A stretch of DNA of 64,000 nt, taken from NCBI GenBank assembly GCA_945872355.1, contig CAMBZU010000001.1, positions 16,676 to 80,675 of the forward strand, given 5' to 3'. The notes beneath the pieces were generated by a model. The model was not told the origin of the DNA and did not search any database. It saw only the letters and a program-made list of their open reading frames with translations. This document shows, one piece after another, positions 52,086 to 61,588 of the stretch (position 1 is the first letter of the stretch; each line of letters starts with the position of its first letter). This DNA is from Chitinophaga pinensis. GTDB lineage: Bacteria; Bacteroidota; Bacteroidia; UBA4408. The translations under genes were made by a program, and so were the position numbers.

Positions 52086-53953
52086 TAGTAGTCAAGATAT
52101 TCTTGAAAAAGCACTTGCAGATAAGCTTTGCCAATTTCATTTAAGCTATCAGTAGAAGCCTGGTTTTTACAAGTATTCCAATCGTTATTATTGTTTTGAT
52201 AATTATATACGAGGAATTGACCGGGTGTTGCCCATCCGAAACCACTGGTTAATGCGCAATAGGCATATGCTTGTGCGTATGGGTTCATTAAATTTTTACT
52301 CCACTCGAATTCAGCTGCATCTTGATTTAGTTGCTTAAGTAAAGTGCAAACCAAATCATTTTGAGCGCCCATCATGTGGTTAGTTTTACCTTTAAATGAT
52401 GTATTTAAAACATCGCCAAAAAAGAGCAAGGGGATATGTCTATTTTTTGGTTCAAAATAATTTCTATCATAATGTGTATGTTTACTGTGATCAGCAATTA
52501 AAACAAACAATGTATTTTTGTACCATGCTTGTTTTTTGCATTCCGAAATATAGGCTCCTATGCAACTATCGCTGTACCAAGCAGCATTTAAAAAGTCTCT
52601 TTCATCGCCACCTTTATTGATTTTCCACTTCATTGGTATATCGTATGGGCTATGCGTACTCACAGTAAATAATCCTGAAAAGAAAGGAGCAGCTTTTTGA
52701 TTGAGTTCATTTATGTGATCTGTTAAAGTATATTGATCGTGAATGCCCAATTTGCCGCGTGGAATATTACTATCATAATCATCAATATCTTTTATTTTAT
52801 GAAATTGATTGAAATACATGTAACTTTTAATATTGGCATAGGTAAGCTGTCCTCCATAGTAAAACGAAGTGTTGTAGCCAAGTTTTATGAGTCTTTTATT
52901 TAGCGAAGGCAGTTTGCTAAACTTTGCCTGTTCTTTAATAATAGAAGTGCTTGGTTGGGCAGGAAATCCACTAAAAATAGAAGCTATGCCTTGATGCGAT
53001 AATGTGCCACTTGAGTAAATATTGTCAAATAAGTAACCTTCTGAAATTAATTTTTCTATTTGCGGTGTGAGGCCAGTATCACCGCCACAGCTTTGAATTA
53101 AATCTGCTGAAAAGCTTTCTAATATTAAAAAAACTATATTGGGTTTATGGTTAGTTAAAAAATGAATAGTAGTGTCTTTCTCAACTTTCAGTAATAAATT
53201 TACTTTGCTTTTGGCACTGTCCATAGCCATTGTGATGTAGGCATTTTTGTTGAGTGTTTCAGCGTTTTGATAAATACTGCCCAATAAATTCCAAAGCGAA
53301 TTAACGCTTGCTAAATTTATTGCATTGTTGTTAGAATAATATGCCCAACTTTGATTTATAGGAATTTGCTGAATACCCCCTCTTATGCCTATTGTAATTA
53401 GCAGTCCTCCAAAAACTAACCATACAGTTGACTTTACTGCTTTTGGGATCAATGTGGCTTCGTGGAATTCAACTTTAGAAAAAACAGCATAATTGTAATA
53501 CTTAATGAAAAGTATCATTGTAACAATGATATAAACAAAGAAAAGTAAAGTTTGAGCGTAGGTAGCTGTTTGAAAAACTTCTGAAGGTTGATTTAAATAA
53601 ACAATTGCTCGATAGTCTATCTTTGTGAGCCATTCGGCATAAAGGTTAATTTCTGCAGCAGTAATTAAAAGATAAATAGCGGCAATAATAAAGGAGTAAA
53701 TTTTTATTGTTAAGATAGCGAATGGCTTTGCAATAAAATGCTGAATTACAAATAACAATAAAGGCAAAGCAATAATATAGCTGATCATACTTATATCAAG
53801 CATAAAGGCATGAAAAGGCATTGAGAGTATGCTTAAGAACGACTCCTCAATAAAGCTACTTGAATAATAAACTATAAAAAGTATTCTGGTAAAATTAAAC
53901 AGTACCAACCAAAATAAAATGTACCGTAAAAAATATTTAATTTTGAGATTCAA
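52085..53953 (-). CDS. LTA-synthase / sulfatase-family membrane phosphotransferase
   Basis: N-terminal 5 TM segments plus extracytoplasmic alkaline-phosphatase-like domain (LILESFSAD..SGTLSHQG); 622 aa. Confidence 0.7.
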   Translation of the reverse strand: MNLKIKYFLRYILFWLVLFNFTRILFIVYYSSSFIEESFLSILSMPFHAFMLDISMISYIIALPLLLFVIQHFIAKPFAILTIKIYSFIIAAIYLLITAAEINLYAEWLTKIDYRAIVYLNQPSEVFQTATYAQTLLFFVYIIVTMILFIKYYNYAVFSKVEFHEATLIPKAVKSTVWLVFGGLLITIGIRGGIQQIPINQSWAYYSNNNAINLASVNSLWNLLGSIYQNAETLNKNAYITMAMDSAKSKVNLLLKVEKDTTIHFLTNHKPNIVFLILESFSADLIQSCGGDTGLTPQIEKLISEGYLFDNIYSSGTLSHQGIASIFSGFPAQPSTSIIKEQAKFSKLPSLNKRLIKLGYNTSFYYGGQLTYANIKSYMYFNQFHKIKDIDDYDSNIPRGKLGIHDQYTLTDHINELNQKAAPFFSGLFTVSTHSPYDIPMKWKINKGGDERDFLNAAWYSDSCIGAYISECKKQAWYKNTLFVLIADHSKHTHYDRNYFEPKNRHIPLLFFGDVLNTSFKGKTNHMMGAQNDLVCTLLKQLNQDAAEFEWSKNLMNPYAQAYAYCALTSGFGWATPGQFLVYNYQNNNNDWNTCKNQASTDSLNEIGKAYLQVLFQEYLDY

Positions 53954-53990
53954 AAATAAATTGTGTTAGTACTATGACTAAAATGGTTCA

Positions 53991-54869
53991 TTAAAGATTA
54001 GCAATTGCTAATTCTATTTGTGCATATATTTTTTCATTTACATTTACCAAAGGCAGGCGCACAGCATCATTGCATACTTCTAGGATTTTTAATGCTGCTT
54101 TTACACCACCAGGATTTCCATCTGCAAAAAACAAATCGGTAATTCCTGTTAATTTATAATGCAAGGCGCGAGCATCTTCAAAATTGCCAAGCAAACATAA
54201 ATTTACCATTTTGCAATAGTCAAAAGTAAAGGCATTTGCAGTAACAGAAATTACACCATTGCCGCCGGCAGCAATTATTGGTAGGGTAAGATTATCATCG
54301 CCCGAAATCACTAAAAAATTGTCAGGTTTGTTTTTTATAATTTGCATTATTTGCTCCATATTTCCTGAAGCTTCTTTAATTCCGCATATATTAGGCACTT
54401 CATGCGCTAAGTGCAAGGTGGTATGAGCGGTTAAATTTGAACCAGTTCGTCCGGGTACATTGTAAAGAATTAATGGCAGTGCAGAAGCTTTCGCTAACAT
54501 GGTATAATGTTGAATAATGCCATTTTGAGATGGTTTATTGTAGTAAGGTGAAACAGATAGCACTGCTGAAAATCCGGTGTAATCAAATTGTTCTAATTGA
54601 TTTACTAACTCATAAGTGTTATTGCCTCCAATGCCAATTACGAGTGGCACGCGACCTGCATTTTTATTTTTTATAGATTCAATAACAGCTTGTTTTTCAT
54701 GAGAAGTTAATGTAGCAGTTTCACCTGTAGTGCCAAGCACAACAATGTAATTAATGCCTTGTGCAATGAGCCTTTCAACCAAGTTTTCAAGACCATTAAA
54801 ATCAACATTTCCATTTGGTAAAAATGGTGTAATAATGGCCACACCTGTTCCTGTTAGTTCTTTTTTCAT
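53991..54869 (-). CDS. dapA: 4-hydroxy-tetrahydrodipicolinate synthase
   Basis: GTGVAIITPF...VVLGTTGE; catalytic Lys region (ICGIKEASG); 292 aa. Confidence 0.9.
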   Translation of the reverse strand: MKKELTGTGVAIITPFLPNGNVDFNGLENLVERLIAQGINYIVVLGTTGETATLTSHEKQAVIESIKNKNAGRVPLVIGIGGNNTYELVNQLEQFDYTGFSAVLSVSPYYNKPSQNGIIQHYTMLAKASALPLILYNVPGRTGSNLTAHTTLHLAHEVPNICGIKEASGNMEQIMQIIKNKPDNFLVISGDDNLTLPIIAAGGNGVISVTANAFTFDYCKMVNLCLLGNFEDARALHYKLTGITDLFFADGNPGGVKAALKILEVCNDAVRLPLVNVNEKIYAQIELAIANL

Positions 54870-54870
54870 T

Positions 54871-55422
54871 TTATTTTTTTGGATGAATCATGTTCAAATA
54901 TTTTTCTGCTATGGTGATAAACGTTTGCAATGGAACTGAATCATCAACATTTAACATTAAGTCATAATAGGGCGCATATTTTGGATGTTGTTTTCCTATT
55001 TTAAACTTGGCCCTCGAAAGTGCTGTTACATATAGCAATGGTGTTTTATACTTTAAGCTTAAATTAATTAATAAATCAAAAGGTTCAAGTATAAAATTCT
55101 CAACAATTGGGTCGCTTGGTTTTAAATACCATTTTAATTGTTTTCTCGAAAAAAAATCATATTCTAGTTTCGAACTCATCAAAGTGGGCTCTTCTTTGCC
55201 ATCATAAAAGCCAATTGCTCTTACTTTGCGCTTATTATCTTTAAGTTTTTTAATGTACTTTTTTACAATTTCGAATTCTTCTTTATCGGTAGCGTCAAAA
55301 ATAAGCGCAATAGTTTCTGCTTCAGCAAAATTAACCACTGAAGTTTGTCTAACAATTGCAGCAAATTCTTTTTTTAAGAAATATTCGCCTACTTTTTTCT
55401 GTGTTTTCTTTACTATGCTCAA
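54871..55422 (-). CDS. Hypothetical protein (183 aa)
   Basis: ORF directly upstream of dapA, no recognised motif. Confidence 0.4.
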   Translation of the reverse strand: MSIVKKTQKKVGEYFLKKEFAAIVRQTSVVNFAEAETIALIFDATDKEEFEIVKKYIKKLKDNKRKVRAIGFYDGKEEPTLMSSKLEYDFFSRKQLKWYLKPSDPIVENFILEPFDLLINLSLKYKTPLLYVTALSRAKFKIGKQHPKYAPYYDLMLNVDDSVPLQTFITIAEKYLNMIHPKK

Positions 55423-55473
55423 AGTTTAACTGATATTTATTACAAAAGAAAGGTTTTAAATGAGATTTACCTA

Positions 55474-56292
55474 TTACAGCTCAATATCTTTTAACAAAGC
55501 TTTTCTTTCTGTATCTGACCATTTATCTTCAAATTTAATAATGTTAGCGGCATCGGCAAAAGGAATGGGTTTACTTCTAACTGTAAGCCTTATGTAATGA
55601 TGATTGTAAATATTTAATGCAATGTGGCAAGGTTTAATATCGCCAAAAGCTATATTTCGTTTTTTAGAACGCATGTAAATATCAAAATCAGCAGCTTGTA
55701 GTTTTTCATCCCAAGGGCCAATTAAATCAAGTGCTCTGCGGGTACAAAAAACGCTATGCCCTACAAATCCTTCTTTTACTTGGTTGTGAAATTTTTGATC
55801 TCTTGATGTGCAGAATTTCGCCCAATTGCCATACATGAGTTTGTGCATAAGCCTTAATGAATTTTGCGATGTTGGAAATAAGTTTACAAAGTTTTTTGCG
55901 TAGTTCCATTTTCGGCGAAGTAAAATAGTGGCTTGTTTATTTTCTACTTGTTCAATGCCACATGAAGTAACTATATCAAGCTTGTTGGCTTGCATTGTTT
56001 CCAACAATAGTTTATCCCAATTAGGGCAAACAATAATATCATTATTTAAAAAGGCAAAAACATTTCCTGTTGCAATTTTAATTCCTTGGTTTTGTGTGTA
56101 TGGATAAGAGAAGTTTTGTGTATTTCGAATTACTTTTGCTCCTACAGACGCAAAGAAATCAGCACTTCCATCGGTACTTGCATTGTCAATAATAATCAAT
56201 TCAAAAGGCATTGTGCTGTATTTACTTAAACTATGGGCAAATAGTTTATTCATTGCCAGTTGGTTGTGAACTGCGGTAATTATGCTAATCAT
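55474..56292 (-). CDS. Family 2 glycosyltransferase
   Basis: ISIITAVHNQ...IIIDNASTDGS GT-A fold motifs. Confidence 0.8.
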   Translation of the reverse strand: MISIITAVHNQLAMNKLFAHSLSKYSTMPFELIIIDNASTDGSADFFASVGAKVIRNTQNFSYPYTQNQGIKIATGNVFAFLNNDIIVCPNWDKLLLETMQANKLDIVTSCGIEQVENKQATILLRRKWNYAKNFVNLFPTSQNSLRLMHKLMYGNWAKFCTSRDQKFHNQVKEGFVGHSVFCTRRALDLIGPWDEKLQAADFDIYMRSKKRNIAFGDIKPCHIALNIYNHHYIRLTVRSKPIPFADAANIIKFEDKWSDTERKALLKDIEL

Positions 56293-56534
56293 ATTTTATT
56301 GGTTGCTAAGTTGCAAAAGTATTTGTTTAGGTTGATTTCTTTTAAAATTAAGTGTTACACGCTAATTTTTATGTCAAATGGAGGTCAATAAACACCTTTA
56401 ACTATTTGATAAGTAATGGTTTAAAAAATATTATAGTTGAAAAACAATGTTTTTTTTTGTAAATAATATTTAAGCACTATATTTGCAATCCCAAAATAGA
56501 TAGGTACTACTTGTTTATAGAAGGAAATTTTAAG

Positions 56535-56613
56535 AGGGAGATTAGCTCAGCTGGTTCAGAGCATCTGCCTTACAAGCAGAGGGTCACTGGTTCGAACCCA
56601 GTATCTCCCACCA
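56535..56613 (+). tRNA. tRNA-Val (anticodon TAC)
   Basis: Cloverleaf: acceptor GGGAGAT/ATCTCCC, D-arm GCTC..GAGC, anticodon stem TCTGC/GCAGA with loop CTTACAA, T-arm with GGTTCGAAC, 3' CCA encoded. Confidence 0.8.
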
Positions 56614-56621
56614 ATGATAGA

Positions 56622-56656
56622 AAGCCTTTCAAGCAATTGAGAGGCTTTTTTTTTAG
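56622..56656 (+). terminator. Terminator hairpin after tRNA-Val
   Basis: agcctttc..gagaggct stem followed by a T9 run. Confidence 0.55.
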
Positions 56657-56734
56657 GTTGGTTTAAACATTGTATCAATTTTGTTTTTCTTGATTTTATT
56701 GTAAAAATTGGTTTTTTAGCGCCAATTTATAGGA

Positions 56735-58282
56735 CTACATTAATATCAACTTCCATACAAAAAGGACTATCAATACTACAGCTAAACCCAAACCAAAAGC
56801 CAAAGCAAATTGTTTTCCCAATGTTTTTTTATCAGGAATAATCTCCTTCATTCTTTCAATAATTTCTACATCATCTTTTTTTGTTAAAAAAGTGACTATA
56901 AGCCATGTTAAAGTTGTCAGAAGCGTAACAATTATTAATCGTGCTTCCTCAAAAGCAAAGCCATAAACAACACTATTTTTATGATATAAATAGGGAAAAA
57001 GTAATGTATAAACACCCGACGAAATCATAGCACTTAATTGCGACCAAGCATTAATGCGATACCAAAACCATCGTAAAATATAGACAGGTGCAACGCCCGC
57101 AGCAATGCTAAATACTACCTTTAACAGCGATTGCAAACTATTTAAATTAAAAGCTATTACAACGCCGCATACAGATAAGAGCAGCATAGAAAAAAAAGAA
57201 ATGATTTGAAAATGTTTCTCACTTTGCTTTGGATTTAAGTACTTTTTATATAAGTCAACAGTTAAAAATGCCCCTCCCCAACTTAACTGAGATTCGGCAG
57301 TTGTTATAAACATTCCAAAAAATCCTATTAAACAAAAGATCTTAAAAAATTCGGGCACACAATTAAATATCGTGTAGATAAATTGAGATTCTCCTAAATT
57401 AGTTTGCTGTTGTGATAAAACTAAAATAGCCATAATTACAATAAAAAAGGATAAAAAGGCATAAAGTAAAATAGGAAACAAGGCAGTTAAAATAGCGTTG
57501 CGCTTGCCTTTTACAGCTGTAAATCTTGCCATTTCTGGCCCACCGCCATCAAATAGCTGAGCACTCCACCATTGTATAAAAACAAATGCAAACCAAGATG
57601 TCCAAGCAAGTTTAACTTCAGATGGTGGAAATAAATTTAATTTAAATGGACCTGAATTTTTAAAATTTACGATGGCAACTTTTAAGCCTCCACTTGTAGT
57701 GTACAAATAATAAAATGCCGTAAACAACACTATAAAATAAATAAACGAATGAAAGAAATCTGTTTTTAATTTAATTTGGAAACTATTTTTTAAAGCAAAT
57801 ACTATTAAAATTAACCCTGTTATGAAAATTGAAGAAAATTTATCAATATGAAAATAAATTTCAATCACTCGCGAAAAAGCCAATATATGATAACTTAAAA
57901 GGATGGCAACAACAAGCCCGCCAACATAAAAAGCACGAAATGCATGTAACACTTTGGCACTAAGACCTGAATAGCGAAATAATAAAAATTGATTATCTGT
58001 TATAAAATCAAGCTTTGACCACAAGGGGGCAAAAACAAATGGCACTATAAATGCGCCTAACAAACTCGACCAAAAAATCCAAAGGCCCCACATGCCTTGA
58101 GCGGCTAAAATGCCAGTAATAACTTGCCCCTGCTCAACAGTAACATAGTACATAAATAAGGAAATGCCCGAAATAAACCACGTAGTTTTTTTACTTGTTT
58201 TAAAAACGCCTTTTAATAATTCCCTTTTTTCAAAGTAAGTAATTAAAAGTATAACAACAATATAAATAAAAAGAACAACCAT
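56735..58282 (-). CDS. Sodium:solute symporter-family transporter
   Basis: 515 aa, about 13 TM segments, SSF-like N-terminal pattern (FISGISLFMYYV..GMWGLWIFW). Confidence 0.65.
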   Translation of the reverse strand: MVVLFIYIVVILLITYFEKRELLKGVFKTSKKTTWFISGISLFMYYVTVEQGQVITGILAAQGMWGLWIFWSSLLGAFIVPFVFAPLWSKLDFITDNQFLLFRYSGLSAKVLHAFRAFYVGGLVVAILLSYHILAFSRVIEIYFHIDKFSSIFITGLILIVFALKNSFQIKLKTDFFHSFIYFIVLFTAFYYLYTTSGGLKVAIVNFKNSGPFKLNLFPPSEVKLAWTSWFAFVFIQWWSAQLFDGGGPEMARFTAVKGKRNAILTALFPILLYAFLSFFIVIMAILVLSQQQTNLGESQFIYTIFNCVPEFFKIFCLIGFFGMFITTAESQLSWGGAFLTVDLYKKYLNPKQSEKHFQIISFFSMLLLSVCGVVIAFNLNSLQSLLKVVFSIAAGVAPVYILRWFWYRINAWSQLSAMISSGVYTLLFPYLYHKNSVVYGFAFEEARLIIVTLLTTLTWLIVTFLTKKDDVEIIERMKEIIPDKKTLGKQFALAFGLGLAVVLIVLFVWKLILM

Positions 58283-58358
58283 TTATTTTTACAAAAAATT
58301 TAAGCTAATATATGAGTGTAATTGTAAACTACTTAATTAAAAACTTACTAAATAGAAC

Positions 58359-58652
58359 TTAAGCTGCATTATTCATTTTTTCTTCCCAAGCCATTTTTAA
58401 TTCTCCTTCATTTTTATACATATAAGATTTCTTCTTAGCATCCCATTTTATTGGGGCATTTAGCTCATTCCGCATAAACCTTAAATAATGATGAGTTGCT
58501 CGCTCGCTTGCAGCTAAGTAAGTGCTGAGTGTTTTTGGCGTAACTGTGCGCTCAGATTTTATGAGATTATTTATTCTTATGATTTTTCTAATATCCAAAA
58601 TGTAAAATAAATTTTTAATTATTGGTAAAAAAGTTTGCTGCTGTTTCTGCAT
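58359..58652 (-). CDS. Stand-alone winged-HTH protein resembling the N-terminal HTH_11 domain of WYL/DeoR-type regulators (possibly truncated)
   Basis: 97 aa. RTVTPKTLSTYLAASERATHHYLRFMRNELNAPIKWDAKKKSYMY resembles the wHTH of WYL-domain regulators; no WYL domain follows. Confidence 0.45.
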   Translation of the reverse strand: MQKQQQTFLPIIKNLFYILDIRKIIRINNLIKSERTVTPKTLSTYLAASERATHHYLRFMRNELNAPIKWDAKKKSYMYKNEGELKMAWEEKMNNAA

Positions 58653-58714
58653 TACTAATTAATAAAACATATTTTTTAAAAAACGTGAGTTTAAAGTATA
58701 ATTTCAAGTTCATC

Positions 58715-58728
58715 TTAGTTCAAGTAGT
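58715..58728. promoter_or_regulatory. Shared promoter-region motif TTAGTTCAAGTA (copy 1)
   Basis: 12-14-nt motif about 63 nt upstream of the wHTH gene start; identical core at 58907-58920 and as reverse complement at 60258-60271. Confidence 0.5.
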
Positions 58729-58906
58729 ATTTATTTGTAAAATAGTTTGTCGCTAAATATTTACAATAATATTTAAATACTGCAATTACAAGTTCTACTG
58801 AGCTAAAATTAGTGCTAGAGCTATAATTAAATTCCATTTTAAATGAATATATAATATTAGAACCGATTTACCTCTTTTTTAAATTACTGCACAATTATTA
58901 GTTCAT

Positions 58907-58920
58907 GTTAGTTCAAGTAT
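58907..58920. promoter_or_regulatory. Shared promoter-region motif GTTAGTTCAAGTAT (copy 2)
   Basis: 47 nt upstream of the start at 58967; perfect 14-nt inverted match to 60258-60271. Confidence 0.5.
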
Positions 58921-58966
58921 AAATATTTAGATTCTATGTTTATTATTTATTTAATTTTATAAAATT

Positions 58967-60067
58967 GTGCCCAAACCTAAATACATATTATCGCCGTACT
59001 TAAAACAAGGCTTGTTTTGGAAAGTAATTGAAACCATTGCATTTCCTATTTACACAAAGGCTGATTGCCGGAAGGTGTGTGAACTTTTTGAGCTAAAAGG
59101 ATTGCCTGTGATATCAGAAAGTACATTGTACCGACTTTTTTTATTGGAGGGAAGTGATAACATTCCCTATTTGCAAACATTAGATATTTTAGCTAAATTT
59201 TGTAATTACAAAGATTGGTACAGTTTAGAAAAACATTTAAACGAACTATCAACATTTGAATTGTCCTTTGGAAAAGTACATGTCAAAAATAGGAGTACAT
59301 TAAGTTTACTAACCTCTTGCATACATCATAACGAATTGAAATCAGTTTATGATTTTTCAGAACAATTTGATGGAAGCCTTGAATTACAAAAAAAAGGAGC
59401 GCTCGGCGAAGAATTTTATAAAGCACTAAAAACAAATCCAAACAAAAACGACTTATTCTTTAAAAATTTTTCCAAATTACCAATAGTTAGAGAAGCATTT
59501 TTTGAATATATGGCTGATCCAACTTTTATAATACCTAGTTACGAAATTGGCTTGAAATATTATCTACTTGGAATAAAACCAGAACAGTCATCAAAATCAT
59601 TACAAGACTTTGTTTTTGGAAATTGTCTATTGTTTAGGTATTATTTTTTAGATAACGATAAATCAGAGTCAAAGAAATTAGGCATAAAATTATATGAAAC
59701 GTATAATTTTTCGTCTAAGGATTTAGCGTCAATACATATCTTTCCAAAAATTCGTTTTTTGGCTTATAAAATATTTTATTTAAATATAAATGGCACAATA
59801 CAAGAAATACAAAAATATGAAATTTGGTTATTAAATTATGTTTCAAAAATTACACAAAAACTTACTTTAGAAGAAAAAAGAATTGTGCTCTTTACAATAG
59901 CAGATGTGTTTGTAAATAATACGAGCACTAAAGTTGATATGCATAATCAATTAAAGCTAATTTTTGGCGACGTATTAAATACATTGCCATCCTTTGTAAG
60001 TGCAACCTCACTGAAGGATGCGCTGCCTTACTTGAACAGAAATGCCGCTAAAATCTGGAAAATATAG
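58967..60067 (+). CDS. Hypothetical protein with N-terminal HTH-like segment (366 aa)
   Basis: LKGLPVISESTLYRLF resembles an HTH recognition helix; the remaining about 300 aa have no recognised motif. Confidence 0.4.
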   Translation: MPKPKYILSPYLKQGLFWKVIETIAFPIYTKADCRKVCELFELKGLPVISESTLYRLFLLEGSDNIPYLQTLDILAKFCNYKDWYSLEKHLNELSTFELSFGKVHVKNRSTLSLLTSCIHHNELKSVYDFSEQFDGSLELQKKGALGEEFYKALKTNPNKNDLFFKNFSKLPIVREAFFEYMADPTFIIPSYEIGLKYYLLGIKPEQSSKSLQDFVFGNCLLFRYYFLDNDKSESKKLGIKLYETYNFSSKDLASIHIFPKIRFLAYKIFYLNINGTIQEIQKYEIWLLNYVSKITQKLTLEEKRIVLFTIADVFVNNTSTKVDMHNQLKLIFGDVLNTLPSFVSATSLKDALPYLNRNAAKIWKI

Positions 60068-60257
60068 CTTAATAAATTATACCAATTACAACAAGCTATT
60101 GTGTCAAAAAGTGTGTTATACTTTTTAATGTTTTACGTACTAAAAAATAAGTACTATAATATATGATGCGCGATACGATATGCATCTTTTATAAAACATA
60201 ATTCGTTCATAAAAAAAACGAGGAATCAAAATTTAAGATTATTCCAATTATAGAGCA

Positions 60258-60271
60258 ATACTTGAACTAAC
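60258..60271. promoter_or_regulatory. Shared promoter-region motif ATACTTGAACTAAC (copy 3, inverted)
   Basis: 61 nt upstream of the start at 60332. Confidence 0.5.
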
Positions 60272-60331
60272 TTAAACTAAAATAAAAAATATCAAAAATA
60301 TATATTTGGTAAACATTTAAAAACTAAAATC

Positions 60332-60712
60332 ATGTCAGAAATCAGCGTTTCAGGAAGAACAAAAGTAAAATCATTTTATCAAGCTTTTTTAAAAGCTTAT
60401 CCTTATTTACATGCAGGCTTACAATATCCTGATGGAAAACCAGTAGATGCTGAATCTACCGTAGCAAATGCGCGAAGCAAATCTATAGGTGGCGATTATA
60501 CTCCAACTGGTGACTCAGAACTTTCAGTAAGAGGCAATTTAAATATTGGAACATTTGAAAAGCGTTTTAAAGAAATATTTTCAATTACATGCCAAGTGCA
60601 TTTTAAAAAGAATGGAAAATGGGTTGTAACGGGGCAGAAATATGATGCTATGACATTAAACGACGCAAACACCTTAATAAAGAATGAAGGTGCAGATTTA
60701 ATAGAATTGTAA
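60332..60712 (+). CDS. Hypothetical protein, tandem paralog A (126 aa)
   Basis: Shares the FY..F...YPYL N-terminal motif and the STVANARSKS / STLANARGRS block with the downstream ORF. Confidence 0.45.
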   Translation: MSEISVSGRTKVKSFYQAFLKAYPYLHAGLQYPDGKPVDAESTVANARSKSIGGDYTPTGDSELSVRGNLNIGTFEKRFKEIFSITCQVHFKKNGKWVVTGQKYDAMTLNDANTLIKNEGADLIEL

Positions 60713-60715
60713 GAA

Positions 60716-61189
60716 ATGGCGGAATTAAAAATAAACGGAAGATTAATAGTTGATAATTTTTATAAAAAATTTGAAGCCATATATCCCTATTTAAATCCAG
60801 CATTATTTTATCCCAAAGAAATAGGAGGAGGTGAAGTTGACACCTCCTCTACTCTTGCCAATGCAAGAGGAAGGTCTTTGAGGCAAGATATTAATGGCTA
60901 TACATCAACTGGTCAAGCAGAAATAAATGTAATAGGCGAAATGAAGATCAAAGATTTTCAAACCGAATTTGAAAATCTTTTCAAAGTAAAGTGTGCTATC
61001 AATTGCAGAATGCCAAATAAAAAGTTTTTTGGATTAGGTAAAACGGAATTTAAATGGGCCGCAGTTGTAAATACCGAATTCGGAAAACTGAATTTACATG
61101 AAGCAAATGCTGCACTCGAAAATCATGGTGCGCAAAAAGTAACTGAGGTTAGAACAAAAGGAAATAATTTGGGGGATAAATTCTTATAA
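60716..61189 (+). CDS. Hypothetical protein, tandem paralog B (157 aa)
   Basis: Paralog of 60332-60712; 3-nt spacing between genes suggests co-translation. Confidence 0.45.
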   Translation: MAELKINGRLIVDNFYKKFEAIYPYLNPALFYPKEIGGGEVDTSSTLANARGRSLRQDINGYTSTGQAEINVIGEMKIKDFQTEFENLFKVKCAINCRMPNKKFFGLGKTEFKWAAVVNTEFGKLNLHEANAALENHGAQKVTEVRTKGNNLGDKFL

Positions 61190-61269
61190 CATCTCAACTT
61201 CGAAATCTTAATTTTTAAAATAAAAACAAAATCAACAAAAAAAATGAAACTAACAAAAAATTAAATATT

Positions 61270-61479
61270 ATGGCAAGAACAATGAAAGACGGGAAATTTG
61301 GCGCAGAAGGTAAAGCATATGCGTTTGCTTCAGACAAAATACCCTGTGAAAACTGCAGAAAAATCTTAATTTATAACAAAAGCAAGGCTATACACACATA
61401 TAGTTCAATTGGTATTCTTGGAAAGAAAGACCATAAACAATTTTGCAGTTGGAAATGTGCAGAGCAGTATCATGGTTAA
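61270..61479 (+). CDS. Small zf-FCS/TRASH-like Cys4 zinc-ribbon protein (69 aa)
   Basis: CENC ...(about 30 aa)... FCSWKC arrangement (CxxC..FCSxxC). Confidence 0.45.
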   Translation: MARTMKDGKFGAEGKAYAFASDKIPCENCRKILIYNKSKAIHTYSSIGILGKKDHKQFCSWKCAEQYHG

Positions 61480-61588
61480 AATCTTACAACAATATTTTTT
61501 TGAAAAATTAAAGTAGAGACCAGAACCCACTAAAAAACGGGGCGTAATCCGAAAAGTCAAAAGAGTACGGCTAAAAAAAATCTTACAT

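Noticed and set aside
56535-58359. Classic tRNA-integrated genomic island directly at tRNA-Val.
   Set aside because: No integrase is present. No direct repeat of the tRNA 3' end was found downstream in the window. An ordinary symporter gene separates the tRNA from the accessory genes.
58967-60067. The 366-aa HTH protein bounded by 14-nt inverted repeats as a possible IS element or transposase.
   Set aside because: There is no DDE, HUH or serine/tyrosine recombinase motif. The inverted repeats are better explained as operator-like promoter motifs, since a third copy sits in another promoter.
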